The notes: generated by a model from the letters alone, not told the origin. 64,000 bases of DNA from an uncultured cyanobacterium (GCA_963803805.1 CAWDOD010000003.1:603771-667770), one strand, 5' to 3'; positions 30,916 through 39,830 are shown, counted from the stretch's first letter. Numbers and translations are program-made.

Positions 30916-31988
30916 ACAGTGATCAATGTTTAATGATGCACAAGTGCCTTGAACTTGCTCTTTGTGCCTTGGGAAAGACCTCTCCTAATCCTTTAGTTGG
31001 TGCGGTTGTAGTTAAGGATGGTAAGGTTGTAGGAACTGGTTTTCATCCTGGTGCTGGTCAACCCCATGCAGAGGTTTTTGCACTAAGAGAAGCAGGAGAA
31101 CAGTCCCAGGGTGCTACAGTGTATGTTAACCTTGAACCTTGTAATCATTATGGTCGTACACCCCCTTGTTCTCAAGCTTTAATTAAAGCGGGAGTCGCTA
31201 AGGTGGTGGTAGGTATTATTGACCCTGATCCCCGTGTTTCTGGAGAAGGGATTAAAACCCTAAGAAATGCTGGCATCGAAGTTGTGGTTGGGGTGGAAGA
31301 AGCAGCTTGTCGCCGCATTAACGAAGCTTTTATTCATCGCATTTTGCACCAACGTCCCTTTGGTATTTTAAAATATGCTATGACCTTAGATGGGAAAATT
31401 GCGACCAATACAGGTCATAGTAGTTGGGTAACTAGTAAAGCTGCCCGTCAGCGGGTACACCAAATCAGGGCAGCTTGTGATGCGGTTATTGTTGGGGGTA
31501 ATACGGTACGTCGTGATAATCCCCATTTAACTACCCACGGTATTAGCAAACACAACCCTTTACGAGTAGTAATGAGTCGCCGTTTAAATTTACCCAAATC
31601 AGCTCATTTGTGGAATCAAGCAGAGGCAGAGACTTTGGTATTTACTGAAGCAGGGGCAGATTTGGAGAGGCAAGAGTTGTTAGAAAAACAAGGGGTAGAA
31701 GTGATCAATTTTGCTACTTTAACTCCGGGGTTGGTTATGGCAAATTTATATGAGCGGGGAATGTGTAGCGTGATTTGGGAATGTGGTGGTGTTTTGGCAG
31801 CAGAGGCGATCGCTGATGGTGCTGTTCAAAAGGTGATGGCTTTTATTGCTCCTAAAATTATTGGTGGTAGCGATGCCCCTTCTCCTGTGGGTTCCCTCGG
31901 TTTTACGAAGATGACAGAAGCTTTATCCCTGAAAAAAATCAGTTTAACCCAGGTAGAATCGGATTTTTTGCTTGAGGGGTATTTTTGA
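30912..31988 (+). CDS. ribD: Riboflavin biosynthesis deaminase/reductase RibD
   Basis: PNPLVGAV, HAE, LEPCNHYGRTPPC, KYAMTLDGKIA. Confidence 0.97.
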   Translation: MNSDQCLMMHKCLELALCALGKTSPNPLVGAVVVKDGKVVGTGFHPGAGQPHAEVFALREAGEQSQGATVYVNLEPCNHYGRTPPCSQALIKAGVAKVVVGIIDPDPRVSGEGIKTLRNAGIEVVVGVEEAACRRINEAFIHRILHQRPFGILKYAMTLDGKIATNTGHSSWVTSKAARQRVHQIRAACDAVIVGGNTVRRDNPHLTTHGISKHNPLRVVMSRRLNLPKSAHLWNQAEAETLVFTEAGADLERQELLEKQGVEVINFATLTPGLVMANLYERGMCSVIWECGGVLAAEAIADGAVQKVMAFIAPKIIGGSDAPSPVGSLGFTKMTEALSLKKISLTQVESDFLLEGYF

Positions 31989-32185
31989 AGCTAGTTGCTA
32001 AACCGCTATTGGCGAAGCCTTGTCGTCAGACTACAACAATTGATGCGAGTGCATTATTCTTTCTATTTCATATTAGTATTGATAAGCAAAACCTTACTTC
32101 TTTGTAGTAAAGCTTTAAATTATTTAAACATCAGCACTTTTTTAGACTTTTTACGAAGTTATATTAAGAACGACTTGATAGGGTC

Positions 32186-32213
32186 TTGACATTGCTTTTT
32201 TTCATAGTAGAAT
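32186..32213 (+). promoter_or_regulatory. Sigma70-type promoter with no obvious downstream gene
   Basis: TTGACA-N16-TAGAAT. Confidence 0.4.
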
Positions 32214-32408
32214 AAATCAAGATTTATAAACAATGATAAGATTGCCTTTTTATATCTAAAACAGCCTTTAACTAAAGAATTCCACGAAAAAATGAGGCTT
32301 GGCCTTAAGTTGGAAAAGTGAAGAGAAGAGATTCTGCAACAAGAGAATAACTTGTTTTTAGAAGGTAAATTTTATTACCTATTGACAAAACGCAGCTTCA
32401 ATGGCGTT

Positions 32409-33467
32409 TTACTTAGTTAACTCTGTAGTTAAATCTGATAGACTCTCTAATTTAGCAGCCGCTTCACCTTTAGTTAAAATTGCTTCTGCTTGGGCAAAAC
32501 CTGAATTAAGATCCGGGCAAAAGCCACTATGCCACAAATAGAAGCCCCCATTTAAGATGGCGGCTGACATTAATTCTCCTGGTTTACCTTGCAACACTTC
32601 CTTAATTTGTTTAATTAATAGTTCAGTGGATTCTAAAAGAACATCTTGCCCCCCTAAATCGTAGTCGCGAGGGTGGAGATGGAAGCGTTGAAAGTTAGGT
32701 TGGTTAGATTTGTTGATACCAATAATGGCAGTGCGACTCTGGGCAAGATCGCAACTTCCTTCTAATCCTTTGACCGTAGTAAAATTATTTATGCCCTTCA
32801 ATGCAAAAGCTTTCTGAAAACGTTCTTCACTAGGAGGATGGACGAAGCCGGAAATTAAATGACCATCTCCTGAGTAAGGAAACCAGACTAATTCTAGGGT
32901 AGCAATGGTAGGACGTTTACCAATTTGCTCTCGGTAAGGAACTAGACCGTTTGCGGTGGGAAAATGTTGAGGTAAATAGACAAAACCAATACCTGTATTA
33001 GCAAAGATTTGTTGGCTTTGGGGAAGAGTCAGGGGAGAAAAGTCTACACCTAACCCCTGCCAAATTTCAACGAGAGGGATTCCGTACTTAGTGGGCATAC
33101 AATCTCCCCCGTGCATAATAAGCGGGATTCCTGCTGTAGCGAGAATTAGGGCTGTTATGGGCATGACAGGGGCATTACGGGATCGCCCATCATAAGGATT
33201 GCTAAAAACATTAACTGGATAGGGAGAAGCATCTATGGCTTCCAGTTTGGGACCAAAGGAATCATAGGCATCCAACATCCCTGCCAACTCTTCAGGAGTA
33301 GGGCGTTTGATGCGGTGGGCAATCATAAAAGCGCCAATTTGGGCAGGAGTGGCTTCTTGCAACAACATCATTTTCGTAGCGGTTGCTGCCTCTGAACGAG
33401 TCAAATCTTTACTAGTGTGAGTACCACTACCAACTTTTTTAAGTAATTCTCTAAATATTTCGCTCAT
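32409..33467 (-). CDS. cnaT: Anthranilate phosphoribosyltransferase-like protein CnaT
   Basis: TrpD/YbiB-like N-terminus (QIGAFMIAHRIKR), PYDGRSR; directly downstream of ntcB as in Anabaena. Confidence 0.75.
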   Translation of the reverse strand: MSEIFRELLKKVGSGTHTSKDLTRSEAATATKMMLLQEATPAQIGAFMIAHRIKRPTPEELAGMLDAYDSFGPKLEAIDASPYPVNVFSNPYDGRSRNAPVMPITALILATAGIPLIMHGGDCMPTKYGIPLVEIWQGLGVDFSPLTLPQSQQIFANTGIGFVYLPQHFPTANGLVPYREQIGKRPTIATLELVWFPYSGDGHLISGFVHPPSEERFQKAFALKGINNFTTVKGLEGSCDLAQSRTAIIGINKSNQPNFQRFHLHPRDYDLGGQDVLLESTELLIKQIKEVLQGKPGELMSAAILNGGFYLWHSGFCPDLNSGFAQAEAILTKGEAAAKLESLSDLTTELTK

Positions 33468-33493
33468 TTTTACAGCCAGTCAAAATTTCCCCA

Positions 33494-34471
33494 TTAACCA
33501 TTACCTATTACTTTTTCTACCTCCCTATTTGCCCAACTCCCTACTTCCATTACCGGAGGTTGGGCAACTTTTTTCACTAATTCGCAAAACTTTTGAATGG
33601 GAGGAATTTGCAGGCGATCGCGAGTTGTCACTAGAACAACTTCCCTGGTGAAATTATACTCTCCATTGCCATTTGAGGAGGGATGTTTGGCAATAGGACG
33701 AATAGCTAAGGTTATATCTGTGGTGGCATCTAGTAGGGCAGCATGGGGTAATAAAGCAATCATTTCTCCTTGTCTGACTACCCCTCGAAAAGCATCTAAG
33801 GTATTTAATTCCACCGCAGCATTGAGGTTAGCTTCGACAGCGAACAATCGTTGTACTAAACGCTGCATCCCATAGCCGTCTTTAAAGACAACTTGGGGAT
33901 ATTTAGCTAATTCTGACCAAGGTATTTTTTCATATTTGGTTAAGGGATGGTTCGCCCCCATGAGTACTTCAATGGATTCATGATAAAGGGTATCTACTAC
34001 CATTTCTGGGTTGGCAGTTAGTAAGCGGTTATTCATCACCACCGCTACATCTACTAAACCATCTCGGAGTACTTTAAGGGCGCGATCGCTACCCAAGGCT
34101 GTGACTCGTAGTTGTACTTCTGGGTAGTGGGTACAAAATTGCTGTAGTACTGGAGGTAAGTAATGGGAACAGACAGAATGGATGGCTGCGACGCAAAGTT
34201 CTGGTTGTTTCCCGGCTATTAAGTCTGCTATTTCTTGGCTAGCAGCTTGCCACTCCTTACAAATTTTTGTGGCACGAGGTAGTAAGTTTTCCCCGGCTAA
34301 AGTCAGTTTCGCTTGGGCCAAACGATGGAATAAAGGCAAACCCAATTCCATTTCCAAAGCTTGTATCTGGCGACTGATAGTAGATTGAGTGACACCGCAT
34401 TTCCGGGCAGCTTGTCCGAAGCTTCCGGTTTCGGATACAGCCAAAAAAGCCTGTAACTGCTCAATCCTCAT
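33494..34471 (-). CDS. ntcB: LysR-family nitrate assimilation regulator NtcB
   Basis: MRIEQLQAFLAV..TGSF..AA...VTQSTISRQIQ; ALGSDRALKVLRDG; VFKDGYGMQRLV; upstream NtcA promoter. Confidence 0.88.
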   Translation of the reverse strand: MRIEQLQAFLAVSETGSFGQAARKCGVTQSTISRQIQALEMELGLPLFHRLAQAKLTLAGENLLPRATKICKEWQAASQEIADLIAGKQPELCVAAIHSVCSHYLPPVLQQFCTHYPEVQLRVTALGSDRALKVLRDGLVDVAVVMNNRLLTANPEMVVDTLYHESIEVLMGANHPLTKYEKIPWSELAKYPQVVFKDGYGMQRLVQRLFAVEANLNAAVELNTLDAFRGVVRQGEMIALLPHAALLDATTDITLAIRPIAKHPSSNGNGEYNFTREVVLVTTRDRLQIPPIQKFCELVKKVAQPPVMEVGSWANREVEKVIGNG

Positions 34472-34483
34472 AATGATTTATCT

Positions 34484-34497
34484 GTAATCCAGATTAC
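34484..34497. promoter_or_regulatory. NtcA site in the ntcB 5' leader
   Basis: TGTAATC-CA-GATTACA, i.e. GTA-N8-TAC, 12 nt upstream of the ntcB ATG. Confidence 0.7.
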
Positions 34498-34515
34498 ATT
34501 GTTACCCAAGAGCTA

Positions 34516-34557
34516 ATCCTAGAGAACTTTAGTAGATAGTTCCGTAAGTATTGATAC
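34516..34557 (-). promoter_or_regulatory. NtcA-activated promoter of ntcB-cnaT
   Basis: GTA-AGTATTGA-TAC (34544-34557), 22-nt spacer, -10 TAGGAT (34521-34516). Confidence 0.85.
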
Positions 34558-34570
34558 TAAAATTGATAAT

Positions 34571-34669
34571 TGTACGGCTTGCCGTTGTCGTAGACTGAAT
34601 TGATAATAGGGCGACCCAATTTAAACCTTAGTTTGTCAGAAATATTGGGAAAACGGGTCGCCTCTACAA
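34571..34669. repeat. 25-bp dispersed repeat (34571-34595) plus REP-like element copy 3 (34607-34669)
   Basis: TGTACGGCTTGCCGTTGTCGTAGAC inside AATTGAT repeats; TAGGGCGACCCAATTTAAAC...AAACGGGTCGCCTCTACAA. Confidence 0.8.
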
Positions 34670-34675
34670 TTGCTT

Positions 34676-36370
34676 CTAGAAGGTGAAGGTTGTTCTCAGT
34701 GTACCGATAAAGACATCTTCAGCATCGGAGTCTTGACCAACACTAGGCAACCAAATTATGCCAGGAGTAATGAGAATATTATTGCTTAACTTGTACTTGT
34801 AGAAAGCTTCTGCGTGATAAGCCCAATCTCGATTTGCTAAGGGTACTGTTGCCCCTTCAAATTCTAGGCCTCGCAAAGTTGGTTCAGCGCCAAAAGCTAA
34901 CCCAAGCATATTACCTTCTCCACCCAGATCCAAGAAGCCGAGGTTAGCATTAAATGTCCAAATATCCGCATCCCCTTTGCCGATTAAGCGAGCATCCATT
35001 TTGCCTACCCAACCATTAAGAATTAAGCTTTCGCTAAATCTTAAGGATGTTTCGATGCCGTAAGCATTGGTAGAAACAGCAGTAGCATCAGTAGTTGCGC
35101 TAACACCAGTCCAAGGAGAATTTGCTAAATTAGTGCCAACTCCTCCCAAGAAGAAGCCCCGTTGCTGTCCTGTTCCAGAATTTGCGATACCAGCATAAGA
35201 ATTGACATAGGTAAAAGCAACCTTGTAGCGATCGCCCAATGCAACTTGCGCTATACCTGAATAGTTGCCATCAAATAAACCTGCGCCTTCAGCAGGGTTA
35301 CTAGCTTCATTGCTGATGTAACCTAGGTCAACTCTGACTCCTTTAGTCGGTCTGAGAGAGATTGCAGCCCCTGCACCAAGGGGGCCAAGGCGATAGATGG
35401 GGTTACGTTCAGCATTAGTAGAAAGCGCCCCTGTCCCCCCTGCACCACTCTCAAAGTAAGGGTTGAGAGTATCGGTATAGTAGTGGTGTAAACCATTATT
35501 AGCAATGATTTGCACGGTAGCTTTATCGCCTACAGGAGTGATGTAACGCAGGATATCTATAGCAACGTTGTTATCATTATCCGCGCTGCCAGGAAAGTAG
35601 GTAAAGCGACCTTCATTAGTTGCTGTTGGAGCAAGAAGAGGTACAACATTACCAGCCTGGAGGCGAGTTTGTAAAGTATCTCTACCGGTGAAACTGGTCA
35701 TGAAGTTAAGGCGTACTCTATCTTGGAAGACAGTACTTTTACTATCACCAATGCCACCAAAGGCATCGGAAAGACCGAAAATAACCTCACCGGCTAACTT
35801 GGTAGTGGTAGAAAATTGATGATCTTCAACAAAAGCAACTCTACCTTCTAAATCGTCTACCCTAGCCCCTAATACAGCTAATTCTGCTTCAAACTCCTGG
35901 ACTAAACGACGTAAAGTCGCCAAGTCTCCATCTTCTACATCACCATAATTGGCTTCTACCCACTCCATACAACGACTTAAAGCGGCTGCAAACTCATAGC
36001 GGGTAATGTTGCGGTTGCCTTTGAAAGTTCCGTCAGGATAGCCCACAATACAGCCATACTTGTCAACCATTTTCTGTACAGCCTGAAACCAAAAAGGATC
36101 GATGTCAGAAAGTTGGGTAACACTGGTTACTTGTTCGAGAGGGTCAATGTCTCCTTGCCCTTCGGTACTGTATTCATTCAGTTGGTTGAGGATTTGGCCA
36201 TCTTCGGTTGGAGTTTGGGCTAGATAGTTTTCTGGGGTTAATTCCTGTTCAGAAATTTCTGAAACTAATGATTCTTCCGCGCCAACCAACGGAGAAATGA
36301 AGAAAGCTAAAGCTACCATAGCGGGGTAACTTAACCAAGAAATTCTATTGATTTTTTGAGAAGTATTCAA
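34676..36370 (-). CDS. Cyanobacterial outer-membrane porin (SLH + OprB-like)
   Basis: QVTSVTQLSD, YGCIVGYPDGTF..NRNITRYEFAA, QFSTTTKLAGEVIF, C-terminal GTLRTTFTF; TTG start after GAGGA RBS. Confidence 0.93.
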   Translation of the reverse strand: MNTSQKINRISWLSYPAMVALAFFISPLVGAEESLVSEISEQELTPENYLAQTPTEDGQILNQLNEYSTEGQGDIDPLEQVTSVTQLSDIDPFWFQAVQKMVDKYGCIVGYPDGTFKGNRNITRYEFAAALSRCMEWVEANYGDVEDGDLATLRRLVQEFEAELAVLGARVDDLEGRVAFVEDHQFSTTTKLAGEVIFGLSDAFGGIGDSKSTVFQDRVRLNFMTSFTGRDTLQTRLQAGNVVPLLAPTATNEGRFTYFPGSADNDNNVAIDILRYITPVGDKATVQIIANNGLHHYYTDTLNPYFESGAGGTGALSTNAERNPIYRLGPLGAGAAISLRPTKGVRVDLGYISNEASNPAEGAGLFDGNYSGIAQVALGDRYKVAFTYVNSYAGIANSGTGQQRGFFLGGVGTNLANSPWTGVSATTDATAVSTNAYGIETSLRFSESLILNGWVGKMDARLIGKGDADIWTFNANLGFLDLGGEGNMLGLAFGAEPTLRGLEFEGATVPLANRDWAYHAEAFYKYKLSNNILITPGIIWLPSVGQDSDAEDVFIGTLRTTFTF

Positions 36371-36458
36371 TTTGTTCCTCACACCTACATAAAACCACAC
36401 TTCATTTTTTGGGCATAGATAAAGATTCAGGGATTCTACTATGCTCCGTTACTTAAAG

Positions 36459-36500
36459 AAGTTAAATATATCCCTCAAAATAATTTGTATTCTTGGCTAC
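36459..36500 (-). promoter_or_regulatory. NtcA-activated promoter of the porin gene
   Basis: TGTA-TTCTTGGC-TACA (core 36487-36500), 22-nt spacer, -10 TAACTT (36464-36459). Confidence 0.8.
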
Positions 36501-36553
36501 AGTAAACCAAATTCTCATGCGGTTAATACATAGTTTTATACAAAAAGGTGATT

Positions 36554-37837
36554 TCAGCCCTGAAGTTTCGGTATAAAAGTACTGGAATTATGAAGCTGGA
36601 GACTTTCAACTGTAATTATATCTTGGGAGGATTGAGGGATTTTTTTGAGGGCAGATAAAGCGTGTAATCGCGTAGCTTGTTCTGGATCTTGGCATAGTTT
36701 GGTTAACAATGGAACCGCGCTTTTCTCTCCTAAAAATCCTAAAGAAGTTGTTAAAGTTTGTTTGATTAGGGGTTGCTCAATATGACTTTGTTGAGAATAA
36801 AAGAAGTGAATGAGGATTCTAGCAGCTTGAGGTTTTAATTCTGGTTTAGATATACGTCCTAAGTTGGCAATAATCTCCTGACAAACTGATACTCCACTTT
36901 GACTTAATCCTTGTTGAAAATAAGCTAGTACTTTTTCTGTTTCAATCCAACCTAAAGCGCGGACAATATCTATTTTCAGCAAGTCTGGAGTAGTAGGAGA
37001 TTGCAAAACCTCAAATAAAGCTTTTCCTGCTGCTTCGCTTCCTGCTTTTCCTACTCTTCCTAGGGCGATCGCGCTTTGTTTGCAGACTTCCCAAGAAAGA
37101 TCATAAAGTAAAGGACTCAGGTTTTTAACTAAATCAAATTGTTTCAATTGTTTAGCACGAATTCCTAAAGCTTTAACTGCTTCTTTCCTCACTTTTGCTG
37201 TTTCATCTCGCAGTGCTTCAATTAAAATTGATGGTATTTGAGGGTTATGAAAACTACTTAATGCTTCTATGGCGATGGCTCTGATTTCTGGATTTGGGTC
37301 GTTTGTTACTGTTAGTAAAGGTTGAATAGTTCCTGAGCGTCGAATATAAGCAAGGGAGCGTACTGCTAAGAGGCGAAATTTTTCTTCTAATAATAATTTA
37401 CTCAAAGCTTCTATGGCTGAGCTACCAATATTGATTAAAGCTTCAGCTACTGGTTCTAATAATTCTTCGTCGCTGCTATTGTGAAGTAATTCAATTAAAG
37501 CAATGACTACCTGGGGGTCACTATATTTACCTAAAATATTAATCGCAAACCAGCGAGTTTCCCAATCTTCTGCTTCGTTGTGTAGTATTTCTACCAAAGG
37601 GGCAATAGTTTTTGTTCCTAATTTCGGAAAAGTTTTAGCTACTTCCCAACGTTGTTGAAAGCTACTTTCTTTCAACACCCGTAGGGCTATATTAATTGCT
37701 TCATTTAAGTCAGGTTCACTTAGTTTAACTAGTTGAGATTTCTTGTTATCCAGGGGTAATTGTTGCAAATAGTGGTTAGCTAAAGTCCAGTTTCTAGCTT
37801 CGACAGTTAAACTAGCTTTTTCTAAAATAGTTGGCAT
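36554..37837 (-). CDS. nirB: HEAT-repeat (PBS-lyase-like) protein, probable NirB
   Basis: Multiple HEAT repeats (FQQRWEVAK, RWFAINILG, VRKEAVKALG); synteny with ntcB and cnaT as in Anabaena/Synechococcus nirB-ntcB clusters. Confidence 0.6.
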   Translation of the reverse strand: MPTILEKASLTVEARNWTLANHYLQQLPLDNKKSQLVKLSEPDLNEAINIALRVLKESSFQQRWEVAKTFPKLGTKTIAPLVEILHNEAEDWETRWFAINILGKYSDPQVVIALIELLHNSSDEELLEPVAEALINIGSSAIEALSKLLLEEKFRLLAVRSLAYIRRSGTIQPLLTVTNDPNPEIRAIAIEALSSFHNPQIPSILIEALRDETAKVRKEAVKALGIRAKQLKQFDLVKNLSPLLYDLSWEVCKQSAIALGRVGKAGSEAAGKALFEVLQSPTTPDLLKIDIVRALGWIETEKVLAYFQQGLSQSGVSVCQEIIANLGRISKPELKPQAARILIHFFYSQQSHIEQPLIKQTLTTSLGFLGEKSAVPLLTKLCQDPEQATRLHALSALKKIPQSSQDIITVESLQLHNSSTFIPKLQG

Positions 37838-38029
37838 AATTTTATGTCTGCACTTTGATAGTTAGTTTGCTGGTAACATTTTCTTGATATTTGTAATTAC
37901 CCCAAATAAATAAGCAATTTCTTGAACTTGTAGATGTAAGCTTGCGGATAATTTTATTCAAGATGCTTGAAATTTTGAATACTTAACTTCTAGTTTGAGC
38001 AAACTTTACTGTTTTTAACAAGTTTTGGG

Positions 38030-38094
38030 ATGCACTATGTGCATAATTATAATGCGATTAATGATTATGTTGGTGCTTCTGTAACTAAAGTTAC
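38030..38094 (+). promoter_or_regulatory. nirA-type NtcB + NtcA site pair
   Basis: ATGC-ACTATGT-GCAT (38030-38044) and GTA-ACTAAAGT-TAC (38081-38094), centres about 50.5 bp apart. Confidence 0.7.
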
Positions 38095-38100
38095 TATTTT

Positions 38101-38156
38101 GCTAATTGCTAGTGGCTAGTGGCTAGTGGCTAGTTGCTAGTTGCCAATGGTCAATT
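38101..38156 (+). repeat. Heptamer tandem array (GCTAGTG/GCTAGTT-like)x8
   Basis: GCTAATT GCTAGTG x3 GCTAGTT x2 GCCAATG GTCAATT. Confidence 0.85.
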
Positions 38157-38188
38157 TTCAATAGGGAAGAAGAAATGGTTTGTTTAAT

Positions 38189-39016
38189 TTAGTGGGAGTT
38201 AAGCCAAGTAGCAAAGTTGTAGTCATAGAAGCGATAAACTTCCTCTTGGTTAACCAAAAGAAACTCGTACCATTTTTCTAAAACCTCTTCAATGTCAAAT
38301 TCATCTTCTTTTAACTCTAGGGCTAATTGACTTAAGGTTAAGCCCTTGGGATGTTGGGAGAGGGCTTGTTTAACTTGCAGGGCTAGGGGAGAGTTGCTTC
38401 TCTGTTGCATTTGTTGCCAATGTTGGTGATAAAGTTCCTCCTTCTCCCCATTTCCCCAATTCCCCATCTCGCCAATCTCAACACTTCCACAGGGAGTTTC
38501 CGTTAGCAAGTGGGACTTGCCAGGGGGGAAGGGACGGCGTGTTAGGAGGAAGTAAACGCCGTCAGGGAGGTAGCGGGGCAGATAAAGGAGATTAGATCCG
38601 GGGGGTTGTTGGTGGTAGTTGAGTCTGTCTAGTCCGTCGATGGCGATGATTAGTTTTTGCTGGGGTTGGAGTTGTTGGCTGAGTTGTTGCAGCAATAGGG
38701 AGAGGGAGGCAGCGTTATGGTGGGGCAGGAGGGCATTGAGGGAGGGAAGAAACTGGTTAGGATCACGGTTAAGTTCAACAGGATAAAACAAGGTCACAAC
38801 CTCCCCATCTCCCCATGCCACCAGGTTAGCCACAACAGCACTTTTGCCGCTACCAGGAGGCCCAACAAGGGTGAAGTAACCTTTGCTGTGGCGTTGCCGG
38901 AAGTTGTCAAAGGCGGTGACAACAAGGTTACGAGGGACGAAGTTGCTGCGTTTGGCGGTGAGGAAGTTTTGCCAAGCAGGGGGATAAGGGTTAATGGCGA
39001 TGTTGCTTAGCTTCAT
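38189..39016 (-). CDS. Short STAND/AAA-type ATPase paralog with altered Walker B
   Basis: Walker A GPPGSGKS; Walker B IIAIDGLDR; LLYLPRYLPDGVYFLLTRRP shared with 39831-41198; C-terminal wHTH-like segment. Confidence 0.85.
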   Translation of the reverse strand: MKLSNIAINPYPPAWQNFLTAKRSNFVPRNLVVTAFDNFRQRHSKGYFTLVGPPGSGKSAVVANLVAWGDGEVVTLFYPVELNRDPNQFLPSLNALLPHHNAASLSLLLQQLSQQLQPQQKLIIAIDGLDRLNYHQQPPGSNLLYLPRYLPDGVYFLLTRRPFPPGKSHLLTETPCGSVEIGEMGNWGNGEKEELYHQHWQQMQQRSNSPLALQVKQALSQHPKGLTLSQLALELKEDEFDIEEVLEKWYEFLLVNQEEVYRFYDYNFATWLNSH

Positions 39017-39714
39017 TGGCTGATCACCATTTCTTGGGTTGTTTGTGATTCTTGGTTATTTGCCAACTCCTGTAGGCGTAAGAAATGCAATTGTCCTGAT
39101 GCTTCTCCGGCGATGATGGTTGAACCATCGGGAGTGATGGCACAACAGGGGATGTAACTATCTCCTGTGAAACTATTGATTAGTCTGCCGTTGTTGATAT
39201 CCCACACCTTCACTGTCTTGTCACGGGAACCAGAAATCACCTTCTCTCCATCAGGGCTAACTGCCACTGCATTTACCCAGTTGCTATGACCAGTAAAAGT
39301 ACGCAGCAAATTCCCACCAGGAGGAGTAAAGCTAGTGGTTAAGGGTTTTAACCAAGGCTGACTTTGCTGTTGTTCTGCTGCTTGCAACAAAGACTGTATC
39401 GCAGGAATGGCAAAACCTTGCATTCTCCCCCATAATTGCGTTGCTAATTGTTCCGGTTCCGCAATGAGAATATGGGCCGCAAGGCGTAGGGTTCCTTGAA
39501 TCAGTTTTAGGGTGTGACTTTCTTCGTCGTTGAAAGTATCCGAGGGGGCTAAGTCATAATCTTCAATGAGGGCTTGAATACCGAAGTTGGGGTGATGGAG
39601 TTTAGTTTTGAGGAAATTGAAGTCGGTGAGAAGTTGGTAGTATTTGGGGTATTTCCCAGCCTTAATGAGGTTGGATAAACAGCTTAAGTAGGCGCGTTGT
39701 TGGGCGGGGGACAT
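39013..39714 (-). CDS. APAF1-helical-like domain plus WD40 protein (only about 2 WD repeats)
   Basis: LLTDFNFLKTKL...QALIEDYD...LRLAAHIL...QLWGRM, then GHSNWVNAVAVSPDG...SGSRDKTVKVWD. Confidence 0.85.
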   Translation of the reverse strand: MSPAQQRAYLSCLSNLIKAGKYPKYYQLLTDFNFLKTKLHHPNFGIQALIEDYDLAPSDTFNDEESHTLKLIQGTLRLAAHILIAEPEQLATQLWGRMQGFAIPAIQSLLQAAEQQQSQPWLKPLTTSFTPPGGNLLRTFTGHSNWVNAVAVSPDGEKVISGSRDKTVKVWDINNGRLINSFTGDSYIPCCAITPDGSTIIAGEASGQLHFLRLQELANNQESQTTQEMVISQ

Positions 39715-39768
39715 TTTTTGAGTAAGGGGTAAGGAGTAAGGGCATGGCTAATCCGATGTATGATTTGG

Positions 39769-39829
39769 TCCCCCAAGTCTGGGGGGAACATATCTCTCAA
39801 AGTCCCCCAATTTGGGGGATTTAGGGGGC
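39769..39829. repeat. Double C/G-run hairpin dispersed repeat
   Basis: TCCCCCAAGTCTGGGGGGAA and GTCCCCCAATTTGGGGGATTTAGGGGGC. Confidence 0.65.
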
Positions 39830-39830
39830 A

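Noticed and set aside
31995-32189. 64-aa ORF after ribD
   Set aside because: TTG start, no RBS, spans a dispersed repeat and low-complexity AT-rich DNA
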